Below, one piece after another: positions 10,088 to 20,430 of a DNA stretch of 45,188 nucleotides (position 1 is the first letter of the stretch; each line of letters opens with the position of its first letter). The notes below the pieces were generated by a model that saw nothing but the letters and a program-made list of their open reading frames with translations, was not told the DNA's origin and did no database searches. The position numbers and the translations under genes are program-made. The stretch spans positions 1 through 45,188 of the forward strand of contig JBNGDT010000003.1 in NCBI GenBank assembly GCA_049975305.1, read 5' to 3'. The stretch comes from Bacteroidales bacterium. Its GTDB lineage: Bacteria; Bacteroidota; Bacteroidia; Bacteroidales; ML635J-15.

Positions 10088-10176
10088 AGTTTTCTTATTA
10101 TAACAATTATTACTTTTGTATTTTATTCAATCTTAACAACAAGGTAGATTTAAAAATGTTTACAGGAATTTATTGA

Positions 10177-11589
10177 ATGGATAAAATTTTACAAAACATA
10201 CAGATTCCTTTGTTCGAAAAAGTATCGAACATTGCTGATGAAAAAGAAATTAGGCTGTGGCTGATCGGTGGCTTTGTCAGGGATATATTTCTTGATCGCA
10301 ACTCAAAAGATATTGATATTGTTGTGCTTGGAGATGGTGTCAGGGCTGCTGAAATGTTGGCAAGGCAATTAAAGGCTGATAATTTGAGTGTTTTTAAAAA
10401 TTTTGGCACAGCGCAGATGCGCGTTGGGGAGTATGACATTGAAATAGTGGGAGCCAGGAAAGAATCTTATCAAACAGACTCCCGAAAACCTGATGTGGAA
10501 ACAGGAAGTATTTTGGATGATCAGAACCGCCGGGATTTTACCATCAATGCCATGGCTGTTAGTTTAAACCGGGAAACTTTTGGCGAGTTTACAGATCCGT
10601 TTGATGGGGTATCCGACTTAGAAGAAAAGCTAATCAGAACACCCATGGACCCGGACAAAACATTCTCAGATGACCCGTTGCGTATGCTCAGGGCTATACG
10701 CTTTGCTTCACAACTGGATTTTAATATTGATGAGGATTGTTTCAATGGAATAAAGAAAAATGCTGCCCGCATAAAAATTATTTCGGAAGAACGTATTGCT
10801 GATGAGTTGAATAAAATTATTGCTTCTGATAATCCGGGAAAAGGGTTTGCATTGTTAAAGCAATGCAAACTACTTAAAATTATTTTACCCGAACTGTGGG
10901 AATTAAGTGGCGTGGAAGTGCAAGATAACCGTGCACACAAAGATAATTTTCTGCATTCAGTGCAGGTAATGGATAACATCGCTGAAAAATCAGACAATAT
11001 CTGGCTGCGGTGGGCAGCACTGTTGCATGACATTGGTAAAACAGCGACAAAAAAATACCAAAAAGGGCATGGATGGACCTTTCATGCGCATGATTTTATT
11101 GGTGAGAAAATGATAGCACAGATATTCAAACGCCTTAAGTTACCCCTTGATTACAGAATGAAATATGTGAAAAAAATGGTTCGCCTGCACATGCGCCCTA
11201 TAAGTCTTGTGGAAGATAAGGTGACAGATTCGGCAATAAGGCGCCTTTTGTTTGATGCCGGAGATGATATTGATGATCTCATGGATTTATGTGAAGCGGA
11301 TATAACATCCAAAAATCAACAAAAAAAGGAACAATACCTGAAAAATTTTCGCAAGGTCAGACAAAAACTGCACAAAATTGAAGAAAAAGACCGCGTTCGT
11401 AATTTCCAGCCACCCGTTGACGGGAAAGAAATCATGGAAACCTTTAACATCAGTCCTTCCCCTGAAATTGGTAAAATAAAAGATGCCATTAAAGATGCCA
11501 TTTTAGACGGGAAAATCCCAAATGAACACGAAGCTGCCCGGAAATATATGTTTAAAAAAGCAAAAGAGTTGGGCATTGTAAAGAAATAA
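10177..11589 (+). CDS. tRNA nucleotidyltransferase (CCA-adding)/poly(A) polymerase family protein with HD domain
   Basis: Nucleotidyltransferase head motif LIGGFVRDIFLDRNSKDIDIVV, followed by RDFTINA and the HD motif LLHDIGK. Confidence 0.82.
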   Translation: MDKILQNIQIPLFEKVSNIADEKEIRLWLIGGFVRDIFLDRNSKDIDIVVLGDGVRAAEMLARQLKADNLSVFKNFGTAQMRVGEYDIEIVGARKESYQTDSRKPDVETGSILDDQNRRDFTINAMAVSLNRETFGEFTDPFDGVSDLEEKLIRTPMDPDKTFSDDPLRMLRAIRFASQLDFNIDEDCFNGIKKNAARIKIISEERIADELNKIIASDNPGKGFALLKQCKLLKIILPELWELSGVEVQDNRAHKDNFLHSVQVMDNIAEKSDNIWLRWAALLHDIGKTATKKYQKGHGWTFHAHDFIGEKMIAQIFKRLKLPLDYRMKYVKKMVRLHMRPISLVEDKVTDSAIRRLLFDAGDDIDDLMDLCEADITSKNQQKKEQYLKNFRKVRQKLHKIEEKDRVRNFQPPVDGKEIMETFNISPSPEIGKIKDAIKDAILDGKIPNEHEAARKYMFKKAKELGIVKK

Positions 11590-11768
11590 AGAATACCAAT
11601 CGGCAATAAAATAAGTAAGCATAGGGTATGTTGAATAATTATTAGATTATTGTTGCAGTTGGAGGAACATTTTATGTGTAAGGAAATTTTATAAAAGCCA
11701 GGTTGTGAGTAAAATATGTCTATTTAAAAACTTTTTAACAGATGCCTGAAAAAAATAATTCAAATATT

Positions 11769-11799
11769 TTTGTGATATCCAATATAGTATATATATTTG
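11769..11799 (+). promoter_or_regulatory. Bacteroidota-type promoter candidate for the tRNA-tuf operon
   Basis: TTTG at 11769-11772 and TATATTTG (TAnnTTTG -7 box) at 11792-11799, with a 19-nt spacer. It sits about 50 nt upstream of the first tRNA. Confidence 0.45.
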
Positions 11800-11848
11800 C
11801 ACTCCAATTTTTGGTACGCTTTTTGGCGTAAATGTTCTTTATTCATAA

Positions 11849-11922
11849 GCCGATGTAGCTCAGTTGGTCAGAGCAGCTGATTTGTAATCAGCAGGCCGGG
11901 GGTTCGAATCCGTCCATCGGCT
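11849..11922 (+). tRNA. tRNA-Thr (anticodon UGU)
   Basis: I folded the cloverleaf by hand. Acceptor GCCGATG/CATCGGC, anticodon arm GCTGA-TTTGTAA-TCAGC, T-loop TTCGAAT. There is one G-G mismatch in the T stem. Confidence 0.9.
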
Positions 11923-11932
11923 CTTGTGATCA

Positions 11933-12015
11933 GGGGAGATACCAAAGTGGCCAACTGGGGCAGACTGTAAATCTGCTGGCGTATGCCTTCGTAGGTTCGA
12001 ATCCTGCTCTCCCCA
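11933..12015 (+). tRNA. tRNA-Tyr (anticodon GUA), class II with long variable arm
   Basis: Acceptor GGGGAGA/TCTCCCC, anticodon arm GCAGA-CTGTAAA-TCTGC, long variable arm, T-loop TTCGAAT. Confidence 0.92.
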
Positions 12016-12046
12016 CTATATATTATGTCTCTGAATAGCAAAGGAT

Positions 12047-12119
12047 GCGGGAATAGCTCAGTTGGTAGAGCACAACCCTTCCAAGGTTGGGGTCGCGAGT
12101 TCGAGCCTCGTTTCCCGCT
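12047..12119 (+). tRNA. tRNA-Gly (anticodon UCC)
   Basis: Acceptor GCGGGAA/TTCCCGC, anticodon arm CAACC-CTTCCAA-GGTTG, T-loop TTCGAGC. Confidence 0.92.
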
Positions 12120-12127
12120 CATGTCAA

Positions 12128-12199
<72 letters not shown>

Positions 12200-12272
12200 C
12201 TGATTTAGGTGTTTTATATTAGAATGTTAAATTAAAAATAATTTTATAAATAAATTATAAACTTTTAAAACC

Positions 12273-13460
12273 ATGGCAAAAGAAAAATTTGAAAGAAACA
12301 AACCGCATGTCAATATTGGTACTATTGGTCACGTTGACCACGGTAAAACAACATTGACCTCTGCAATTACAAAGATTTTGGCCAAAGATGGTTATGCCAA
12401 AGAAGCCAGCTTTGATTCAATTGACAACGCTCCTGAAGAGAAAGAAAGAGGGATTACGATCAATTCTTCACATGTTGAATATGAAACCGAAAGCAGGCAT
12501 TATGCACATGTTGACTGTCCCGGACACGCCGACTATGTAAAAAACATGGTTACAGGTGCTGCTCAAATGGACGGTGCTATTCTTGTGGTTGCTGCTGCTG
12601 ATGGCCCCATGCCGCAAACAAGAGAACATATTTTGCTGGCACGTCAGGTAAATGTGCCGAAAATTGTTACCTTCCTTAACAAATGCGATCTCGTAGATGA
12701 TGAAGAACTTCTTGAGCTCGTGGAGATGGAAGTACGGGAACTTCTGAATTTCTACGAATTTGATGGTGATAATGCTCCCGTTATCCGGGGTTCTGCACTT
12801 GCTGCTATTAACGGCGATGCAGAGGGAGAAAAACAGGTGCGTGAGTTGATGAAAGCTGTGGATGAATGGATTCCCGTTCCTCCTCGTGATAATGAAAAAC
12901 CGTTCCTCATGCCTGTAGAAGATGTTTTCTCCATTACTGGACGTGGAACTGTGGCCACCGGACGTATCGAATCAGGTGTTGTGAAAACTGGTGAAGAAGT
13001 GCATATCATCGGACTTGGTGCTGATGGTCGTAAAACCGTTGTAACCGGTGTCGAAATGTTCCGTAAAATCCTTGACAGAGGTGAAGCTGGTGACAACGTC
13101 GGCCTGTTGTTACGCGGTGTTGATAAAAAAGAAATCAAAAGAGGGATGGTGATAGCTCAGCCTGGTTCTATTAAACCAGTTACAAAATTCAAAGCTGAAG
13201 TTTACGTATTGAAAAAAGATGAAGGCGGACGCCATACTCCTTTCCATAACAATTACCGTCCACAATTTTATTTGCGTACCATGGATATTACCGGGGAAAT
13301 TAAATTGCCAGATGGTGTTGAAATGGTAATGCCGGGTGATAATGTAACCATTGATGTTACTCTTATTTATCCGGTTGCATGTAACATCGGTCTGAGGTTT
13401 GCTATCCGTGAAGGTGGCCGTACTGTAGGTGCAGGACAGATCATTGAAGTAATAGAATAA
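12273..13460 (+). CDS. tuf: Elongation factor Tu
   Basis: [28 protein letters not shown].. plus DCPGHADY and NKCD GTPase motifs. Length 395 aa. Confidence 0.98.
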   Translation: MAKEKFERNKPHVNIGTIGHVDHGKTTLTSAITKILAKDGYAKEASFDSIDNAPEEKERGITINSSHVEYETESRHYAHVDCPGHADYVKNMVTGAAQMDGAILVVAAADGPMPQTREHILLARQVNVPKIVTFLNKCDLVDDEELLELVEMEVRELLNFYEFDGDNAPVIRGSALAAINGDAEGEKQVRELMKAVDEWIPVPPRDNEKPFLMPVEDVFSITGRGTVATGRIESGVVKTGEEVHIIGLGADGRKTVVTGVEMFRKILDRGEAGDNVGLLLRGVDKKEIKRGMVIAQPGSIKPVTKFKAEVYVLKKDEGGRHTPFHNNYRPQFYLRTMDITGEIKLPDGVEMVMPGDNVTIDVTLIYPVACNIGLRFAIREGGRTVGAGQIIEVIE

Positions 13461-13527
13461 ATAAGCATACTGGTAAAATGTAAATTAATTCGGCAAGCTT
13501 ACCTTGCCGGATTAGTTTGTTCATTTT

Positions 13528-13600
<73 letters not shown>

Positions 13601-13616
13601 CTAAATACAAAGTGAT

Positions 13617-13805
13617 ATGGCTTTTTTATCATACATAAAAGGAACCTACGAAGAACTGGTTCATAAAGTGTCCTGGCCTACATGGTCAGAACTGCAAAAT
13701 AGCGCAATAGTAGTAATGGTTGCTTCCGTAATAATCGCACTAATTGTTTATTTGATGGATATTTCATTTAAAAACTTGCTGGAACTTATTTACAGTATTT
13801 TCTAA
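13617..13805 (+). CDS. secE: Preprotein translocase subunit SecE
   Basis: 62 aa with a single C-terminal TM helix, ..KVSWPTWSELQNSAIVVMV.., in the conserved position upstream of nusG. Confidence 0.88.
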   Translation: MAFLSYIKGTYEELVHKVSWPTWSELQNSAIVVMVASVIIALIVYLMDISFKNLLELIYSIF

Positions 13806-13827
13806 ATTCATTGATTTGGGTATAGGC

Positions 13828-14376
13828 ATGGATAATAATAGAGATAAAAAATGGTATGTAATTCGGGCAATCGGGGGTAAAGAAAAAAAAGTAAAAGAGT
13901 ATCTTGAATCCGAGATTGTACGCAGAAACTTACAGGACAGAATTTCTAATGTGCTGATTCCCATGGAAAAATATTATCAGGTCAGAAACGGAAAAAAAAT
14001 ATCCAAAGAAAGAAACCATTTCCCAGGATATGTCCTGATTGAAGCTGAACTCGATGGTGAAATTATACATCTCATTAAAAATATTACAAACGTGATCGGC
14101 TTCCCCGGAACTCAGTCCGGCGATCCCGTACCCCTGAGAGAATCGGAAGTAAATCGTATTCTTGGTAAAGTAGATGAACTCGCTGAACAAGAAGAAGAAA
14201 TTAATATTCCGTTTTATGTAAACGAATCAGTGAAAGTCATCGACGGGCCTTTTAATGGTTTTAAAGGAACCATTGAAGAAGTCCACGAAGACAAGAAAAA
14301 ACTGAAGGTTATGGTGAAAATTTTCGGTAGAAAAACACCATTGGAATTGAGTTTTATGCAAGTTGAAAAAGAGTAA
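13828..14376 (+). CDS. nusG: Transcription termination/antitermination factor NusG
   Basis: [16 protein letters not shown] (NGN domain) and a C-terminal KOW ([18 protein letters not shown]). I preferred the ATG at 13828 over the TTG at 13816 in the ORF track. Confidence 0.93.
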   Translation: MDNNRDKKWYVIRAIGGKEKKVKEYLESEIVRRNLQDRISNVLIPMEKYYQVRNGKKISKERNHFPGYVLIEAELDGEIIHLIKNITNVIGFPGTQSGDPVPLRESEVNRILGKVDELAEQEEEINIPFYVNESVKVIDGPFNGFKGTIEEVHEDKKKLKVMVKIFGRKTPLELSFMQVEKE

Positions 14377-14380
14377 AATT

Positions 14381-14827
14381 ATGGCTAAAAAAGAAGTAGA
14401 GGCCCTGATCAAATTACAAATACGTGGTGGTGCTGCAAATCCTTCCCCTCCTGTCGGACCTGCTCTGGGTGCCAAAGGAGTGAATATCATGGAGTTTTGT
14501 AAGCAATTTAATGCACGTACACAAGAACAGGCCGGAAAAGTGTTACCTGTTATTATTACAGTGTATGGAGACAAATCTTTTGATTTTGTTGTAAAAACCC
14601 CTCCCACTGCCGTTCAATTGCTTGAAGCTGCCAAATTAAAAAAAGGCTCTCCGGAACCAACCCGCAACAAAGTTGGTTCAGTAACATGGGATCAGATTAA
14701 AGCTATTGCTGAAGATAAAATGGTTGACCTGAACTGTTTTAACATCGAATCTGCAATGAAAATGGTAGCTGGGACGGCTCGTAGTATGGGTATTACTGTA
14801 AAAGAAAATGCCCCGTTTGATAATTAA
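14381..14827 (+). CDS. rplK: 50S ribosomal protein L11
   Basis: [44 protein letters not shown]. The ATG at 14381 follows the nusG stop. The ORF-track start at 14363 would overlap nusG. Confidence 0.96.
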   Translation: MAKKEVEALIKLQIRGGAANPSPPVGPALGAKGVNIMEFCKQFNARTQEQAGKVLPVIITVYGDKSFDFVVKTPPTAVQLLEAAKLKKGSPEPTRNKVGSVTWDQIKAIAEDKMVDLNCFNIESAMKMVAGTARSMGITVKENAPFDN

Positions 14828-14845
14828 AATTTAGCGTGACTTGAC

Positions 14846-15538
14846 ATGGCAAAAATGACAAAAAACAGAAAACAGGCTATCGAAAAACTCGAAGCTGGAA
14901 AAAAATATCCAATTGACGAAGCTGTTAAATTGGTTAAGGAAATTTCTTCAACCAAATTTGATGCCTCAGTGGATATGGACTTCAGACTTGGAGTAGATCC
15001 CCGTAAAGCCGACCAGATGGTCCGCGGTATTACCACCTTGCCACATGGTACCGGCAAAGAGGTGAAAGTGCTTGTGTTGTGTACACCCGACAAAGAGGAA
15101 GAGGCAAAAAATGCCGGCGCCGATTATGTTGGCCTCGATGATTATATCGAAAAAATTCAGGAGGGATGGACAGATATGGATGTAATTATTACCATGCCTT
15201 CTGTGATGGCCAAAATTGGTCGCCTTGGGCGTATCCTTGGTCCTCGTGGACTGATGCCAAATCCCAAAAGCGGAACTGTTACTATGGAAATCGGAAAAGC
15301 CGTTGAAGAAGTGAAAAAGGGTAAAATCGATTTCAAAGTGGACAAATATGGTATCATTCATACCAGAATTGGAAAAGTATCCTTCTCGCCTGAGCAAATT
15401 CGCGACAATGTAAAAGAAATTGCGCAGACAATTGCCAAATTAAAACCGGCATCATCTAAGGGAACCTATATCAAGAGTGTACATATATCAAGTACCATGA
15501 GCCCTGGGATACAACTTGATCCAAAGTCTTTGGTATAA
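14846..15538 (+). CDS. rplA: 50S ribosomal protein L1
   Basis: ..[31 protein letters not shown].. typical of L1. Position after rplK. Confidence 0.96.
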   Translation: MAKMTKNRKQAIEKLEAGKKYPIDEAVKLVKEISSTKFDASVDMDFRLGVDPRKADQMVRGITTLPHGTGKEVKVLVLCTPDKEEEAKNAGADYVGLDDYIEKIQEGWTDMDVIITMPSVMAKIGRLGRILGPRGLMPNPKSGTVTMEIGKAVEEVKKGKIDFKVDKYGIIHTRIGKVSFSPEQIRDNVKEIAQTIAKLKPASSKGTYIKSVHISSTMSPGIQLDPKSLV

Positions 15539-15560
15539 TTATTTTTAAGACTTTACTTCT

Positions 15561-16085
15561 ATGAAAACTAAAGAAGACAAAAACAAACAGATCGACATTC
15601 TGACCGATGAGATAAATCGTTTCGATCATTTTTACCTTATTGATGCACAAGGGTTAGATGCTGAAGAAACAACACAGCTCAGAAAACAATGTCATGAGAA
15701 AGAAGTCAAGCTTACCATGGTTAAGAATTCCTTATTTAAGCGGGCACTGGACAAAGCAGATGGTGATTTTGAAGAATTGTATGATTTACTCAAAAACAAT
15801 ACCACTGTAATGTTTTCTAATATAGCCAATGCTCCTGGTAAGGTTATCAAAACATTTATTAAAAACCATGATAAGCCTGGCTTAAAAGGTGCTTATGCTG
15901 CTGAAAGTTTTTATCTTGGAAAAGACCAATTGGAAGCCCTTGCCGGGCTTAAATCCAAGGAAGAACTTCTCGGAGATATTGTGCTTCTGCTGCAATCACC
16001 AGCAAAAAACCTTGTTTCACAACTCCAGAGTGCTGGTCAAATTATTGTCGGGCTTACCAAAGCACTGGCAGACAGAGAAAAGTAA
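15561..16085 (+). CDS. rplJ: 50S ribosomal protein L10
   Basis: 174 aa, located between rplA and rplL, with L10-like sequence. Confidence 0.92.
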   Translation: MKTKEDKNKQIDILTDEINRFDHFYLIDAQGLDAEETTQLRKQCHEKEVKLTMVKNSLFKRALDKADGDFEELYDLLKNNTTVMFSNIANAPGKVIKTFIKNHDKPGLKGAYAAESFYLGKDQLEALAGLKSKEELLGDIVLLLQSPAKNLVSQLQSAGQIIVGLTKALADREK

Positions 16086-16122
16086 TTTATTAATTGAATA
16101 ACAATTTAAAAGTGATAGAAAA

Positions 16123-16497
16123 ATGGCAGACCTAAAAAAATTAGCTGAAGAGTTAGTAAACTTATCGGTAAAAGATGTCAACGAACTCGCTGATATCTTA
16201 AAAAAAGAACATGGTATCGAACCTGCTGCTTCTGCTCCTGTTGTCGCAGCTCCTGCTGGTGGCGAAGCTGAAGGTGAAGCAGAACAAACTGAATTCGACG
16301 TGATTCTCAACTCAGCTGGACAAGCAAAGTTGAAAATTATTAAACTTGTTAAAGAACTGACTGGATTGGGTCTTAAAGAAGCTAAAGCCCTTGTTGATAA
16401 TGCACCTGCTCCTGTAAAAGAGGGTGTATCTAAAGAAGATGCCGAGCAAATTAAATCTCAGCTCGAAGAAGAAGGCGCTGAAGTGGAACTTAAATAA
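16123..16497 (+). CDS. rplL: 50S ribosomal protein L7/L12
   Basis: Ala/Pro/Glu hinge ([20 protein letters not shown]) and C-terminal domain ..[19 protein letters not shown]... Confidence 0.97.
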   Translation: MADLKKLAEELVNLSVKDVNELADILKKEHGIEPAASAPVVAAPAGGEAEGEAEQTEFDVILNSAGQAKLKIIKLVKELTGLGLKEAKALVDNAPAPVKEGVSKEDAEQIKSQLEEEGAEVELK

Positions 16498-16516
16498 TCC
16501 CATTTTTACGTTTTTT

Positions 16517-16548
16517 AGGTTTAAAACCAGAAACCTGGTTTTAAACCT
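16517..16548 (+). terminator. Perfect 14-bp stem-loop in the rplL-rpoB spacer (attenuator/partial terminator candidate)
   Basis: AGGTTTAAAACCAG-AAAC-CTGGTTTTAAACCT. The arms are exact reverse complements, followed by TTT and then mixed sequence. The position matches the known rplL-rpoB attenuator of other bacteria. Confidence 0.55.
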
Positions 16549-16585
16549 TTCGTCATTTCGTATTTTCTTAATTAATCCAATGTAA

Positions 16586-19500
16586 ATGTCAGTAAATAAC
16601 AGACAGAGATATTCGTTCTCAACAACTAAAAATCAGCCTGATTATCCGGATTTTCTTGATCTGCAATTAAAATCCTTTGAGGATTTTTTGCAGTTGGATA
16701 CAACTTTGGAGAAAAGAAAAAATGAGGGACTTTATAAAGTTTTCAACGAAAACTTCCCCATTTCTGATACCCGCAATAATTTTGTGCTTGAGTTTATGGA
16801 TTATTCCATCGATTTGCCCAGATATACCATTGAGCAATGTCTGGCCAGGGGGCTTACGTATTCTGTCCCGTTAAAAGCCAAGCTCAAATTGTATTGTACA
16901 GACCCGGAACATGAAGATTTTGAAACAACCATTCAGGATGTATGGCTCGGTCAAATTCCTTATATGACACCAAGAGGCTCTTTTGTGATCAATGGTGCAG
17001 AACGTGTCGTTGTGTCACAATTACACAGATCTCCTGGCGTTTTCTTTGGACAAAGCCTCCATGCTAACGGTACTAAATTGTATTCGGCCCGTATCATTCC
17101 TTTTAAAGGCTCATGGATGGAATTTGCAACCGATACTAATTCTGTTATGTACGCATACATTGACAGAAAAAAGAAATTACCGGTTACAACACTGCTTAGA
17201 GCAATTGGTTTTGAAAGTGATAAAGAAATACTTGGAATCTTTGATCTCGCTGAAGAAATTAAAGCAAATAAAACTGCTCTGAAAAAAGTCGTTGGTCGTA
17301 AACTGGCCGCCAGAGTGCTGAGATCATGGGTGGAAGATTTTGTTGATGAAGATACCGGTGAAGTTGTATCCATTGAAAGAAACGAAGTGATCCTCGACAG
17401 GGAAACGGTTATTAAACCTGAACACATTCAGACCATTATTGATTCAGGGTCCAAAACCATCCTTATTCACAGGGAAAAATCCAAAACCTCAGATTGCGCA
17501 ATCATATACAATACCCTTTATAAAGATCCATGTAATTCTGAAAAAGAAGCCGTGGTCTATATTTACCGTCAATTGCGTAGTTCTGAACCTCCCGATGAAA
17601 CTACCGCCCGTGATGTCATCGATAATCTTTTCTTTTCTGACAAACGATATGACCTTGGTGAAGTTGGACGTTACAGATTAAATAAAAAGCTGAAAATTGA
17701 TATCAATGAAAACATAAAAACCTTAACAAAAGATGATATCATTGCTATCATTAAATACCTGATTGAACTTATCAATTCTAAAGCTGAAGTTGATGATATT
17801 GATCACCTGAGCAACAGACGCATTCGTACTGTAGGCGAACAATTGAGTAACCAGTTTGGTGTCGGATTAGCAAGAATGGCAAGAACCATCAGGGAAAGAA
17901 TGAACGTCAGGGATAATGAAGTCTTTCATCCCACCGACCTGGTCAATGCAAAAACCTTGTGTTCGGTCATCAATTCATTTTTTGGAACTAACCAGTTGTC
18001 TCAGTTTATGGATCAGACAAATCCGCTTGCTGAGTTGACTCATAAACGCCGGCTTTCTGCTCTTGGCCCGGGCGGTTTATCCCGTGAACGTGCAGGTTTT
18101 GAAGTCAGGGATGTGCATTATACACATTATGGAAGGTTATGCCCTATTGAAACACCTGAGGGCCCAAACATCGGTTTGATCTCTTCCCTTTGTGTTTATG
18201 CTAAAATCAATGAGCTTGGTTTTATTGAAACGCCCTACAAAAAAGTTGAGGAAGGACAGGTAAAATTTAAGGAAGATATGCTTTACCTCACCGCTGAGGA
18301 AGAAGAAAATCATGTTATTGCACAGGCCAATGCTCCCATTGATGATGAAGGCATGTTTCAATCTGATAAAATCAGGGTCAGGCACGATGGTGAATACGCC
18401 ATGGCTGAACCGGAGAGTATCCAGCTAATGGATGTGGCTCCAAATCAGATAGCATCTATTGCAGCATCACTGATTCCTTTCCTTGAACACGATGATGCAA
18501 ACCGCGCTCTTATGGGCTCTAATATGATGAGGCAAGCCATTCCCCTGATCAAAAACGAAGCACCAATTGTGGGGACAGGTATGGAAGAAAGAGTGGCCAG
18601 GGATTCCCGGATGCTTTTACTTGCCGAAGGAAATGGTGTCGTAGAATACGTGGATGCTGATAAAATTGTGGTTAAATATAACCGCAGTGAAGAAGAAAAA
18701 TTTGTTTCCTTTACTGATGATACCGTTACTTATAAAATAACCAAATTTCAAAAAACCAATCAAAACAGTAACATCAACTTAAAGCCCATTGTCAGAAAAG
18801 GAGATAAAGTGCAAAAAGGAACCGTTATGACCGAAGGATACGCAACTGTTGGCGGCGAACTTGCTCTGGGACGCAATTTGAAAGTTGCCTTTATGCCATG
18901 GAAAGGTTATAATTTTGAGGATGCTGTGGTGATTTCTGACCGTGTTGTCCGGGATGATGTCTTTACTTCTGTACATATCGAAGAATATCAACTTGATGTT
19001 AGAGATACTAAACGAGGCCTCGAAGAATTAACCGCAGATATTCCAAACGTTAGTGAATCTGCAACAAGGAATCTTGATGAAAATGGGATTATCCGTATCG
19101 GTGCAAATGTGAAAACCGGGGATATTATTATTGGTAAAATCACACCCAAAGGCGAAACCGATCCCTCACCTGAAGAAAAATTGTTGCGTGCTATTTTTGG
19201 TGATAAAGCAGGTGATGTGAAAGATGCTTCATTAAAAGCATCTCCTTCTACATCCGGTATAGTGGTTGATAAAAAGTTGTTTTCCAAAACCTTTAAAGAT
19301 ACAAAAACAAAAAATCAGGAAAAAATTCTTCTTGATAACATTGAAAAGGATTTCAGGCAGGAAACTGAAAAACTTAAATCCAGGCTGCTGGATAAATTAT
19401 TCATTGTTGTGAATGGGAAAACCTCACAGGGAGTAAAAGACAACTTTGGTGCTATACTTATCCCCAAAGGCAAAAAATTTACACTAAAAGCACTGTCGAA

Positions 19501-20392
19501 AATAGATTTTCTTGATGTCAGTTCACCCAAATGGACAACCGACAAAAAGAAAAATGCAATCATAGGGAAAATTTTGCATAATTACCTCATTGAATATAAA
19601 AAAATTGAGGCAGAATACAGACGTAAGTCTTTGAATATTACAATCGGCGATGAATTGCCAAACGGTATTGTTCAAATGGCAAAGGTTTACCTGGCCAAAA
19701 AGCGGGTTATTAAAGTCGGTGATAAAGTGGCAGGACGACATGGAAATAAAGGTATTATTGCCAGAATTGTCAGACAGGAAGATATGCCTTTCCTTGAAGA
19801 CGGAACACCTGTTGATTTGGTATTGAATCCGTTGGGTGTACCATCCCGTATGAACCTCGGACAAATATACGAAACAGCCCTTGGCTGGGCTGGCGAAAAA
19901 CTCGGCATGAAATTTTCAACTCCAATTTTTGATGGTGCCACGCTGGATCAAATCAATGAATTGACCGATAAAGCCGGATTACCCCGATACGTTAAAACAT
20001 ATATTTATGACGGAGAAACCGGCGAAAAATTTGATCAGCCTGCTACCGTTGGTGTAATATATATGCTTAAACTCGGGCACATGGTTGACGATAAAATGCA
20101 TGCCCGTTCCATTGGCCCGTATTCACTCATTACACAACAACCTCTTGGTGGTAAAGCTCAATTTGGCGGTCAGCGGTTTGGTGAAATGGAGGTTTGGGCA
20201 CTCGAAGCATTCGGTGCTGCTCATACATTGAGAGAAATACTCACTGTGAAATCCGATGATGTGAAAGGACGTGCCAAAACTTATGAATCTATCGTAAAAG
20301 GAACACCCATGCCTACTCCAGGCGTGCCGGAATCCTTAAATGTGCTTATTCATGAGTTGCAAGGCTTGTGCCTCAATTTTGATTTGAAATGA
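16586..20392 (+). CDS. rpoB: DNA-directed RNA polymerase subunit beta
   Basis: 1268 aa with conserved blocks such as ..[24 protein letters not shown].., ..GRHGNKGI.., ..[13 protein letters not shown]... Confidence 0.99.
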   Translation: MSVNNRQRYSFSTTKNQPDYPDFLDLQLKSFEDFLQLDTTLEKRKNEGLYKVFNENFPISDTRNNFVLEFMDYSIDLPRYTIEQCLARGLTYSVPLKAKLKLYCTDPEHEDFETTIQDVWLGQIPYMTPRGSFVINGAERVVVSQLHRSPGVFFGQSLHANGTKLYSARIIPFKGSWMEFATDTNSVMYAYIDRKKKLPVTTLLRAIGFESDKEILGIFDLAEEIKANKTALKKVVGRKLAARVLRSWVEDFVDEDTGEVVSIERNEVILDRETVIKPEHIQTIIDSGSKTILIHREKSKTSDCAIIYNTLYKDPCNSEKEAVVYIYRQLRSSEPPDETTARDVIDNLFFSDKRYDLGEVGRYRLNKKLKIDINENIKTLTKDDIIAIIKYLIELINSKAEVDDIDHLSNRRIRTVGEQLSNQFGVGLARMARTIRERMNVRDNEVFHPTDLVNAKTLCSVINSFFGTNQLSQFMDQTNPLAELTHKRRLSALGPGGLSRERAGFEVRDVHYTHYGRLCPIETPEGPNIGLISSLCVYAKINELGFIETPYKKVEEGQVKFKEDMLYLTAEEEENHVIAQANAPIDDEGMFQSDKIRVRHDGEYAMAEPESIQLMDVAPNQIASIAASLIPFLEHDDANRALMGSNMMRQAIPLIKNEAPIVGTGMEERVARDSRMLLLAEGNGVVEYVDADKIVVKYNRSEEEKFVSFTDDTVTYKITKFQKTNQNSNINLKPIVRKGDKVQKGTVMTEGYATVGGELALGRNLKVAFMPWKGYNFEDAVVISDRVVRDDVFTSVHIEEYQLDVRDTKRGLEELTADIPNVSESATRNLDENGIIRIGANVKTGDIIIGKITPKGETDPSPEEKLLRAIFGDKAGDVKDASLKASPSTSGIVVDKKLFSKTFKDTKTKNQEKILLDNIEKDFRQETEKLKSRLLDKLFIVVNGKTSQGVKDNFGAILIPKGKKFTLKALSKIDFLDVSSPKWTTDKKKNAIIGKILHNYLIEYKKIEAEYRRKSLNITIGDELPNGIVQMAKVYLAKKRVIKVGDKVAGRHGNKGIIARIVRQEDMPFLEDGTPVDLVLNPLGVPSRMNLGQIYETALGWAGEKLGMKFSTPIFDGATLDQINELTDKAGLPRYVKTYIYDGETGEKFDQPATVGVIYMLKLGHMVDDKMHARSIGPYSLITQQPLGGKAQFGGQRFGEMEVWALEAFGAAHTLREILTVKSDDVKGRAKTYESIVKGTPMPTPGVPESLNVLIHELQGLCLNFDLK

Positions 20393-20430
20393 TTAAAATT
20401 TGTACTATTTAATTAATCTTAATCAGCTAT

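Noticed and set aside
14377-15560. Looked for L11/L1 and L10 autoregulatory leader structures upstream of rplK and rplJ.
   Set aside because: The intergenic spacers are only 4 nt (nusG-rplK), 18 nt (rplK-rplA) and 22 nt (rplA-rplJ), too short to hold the known leader folds.
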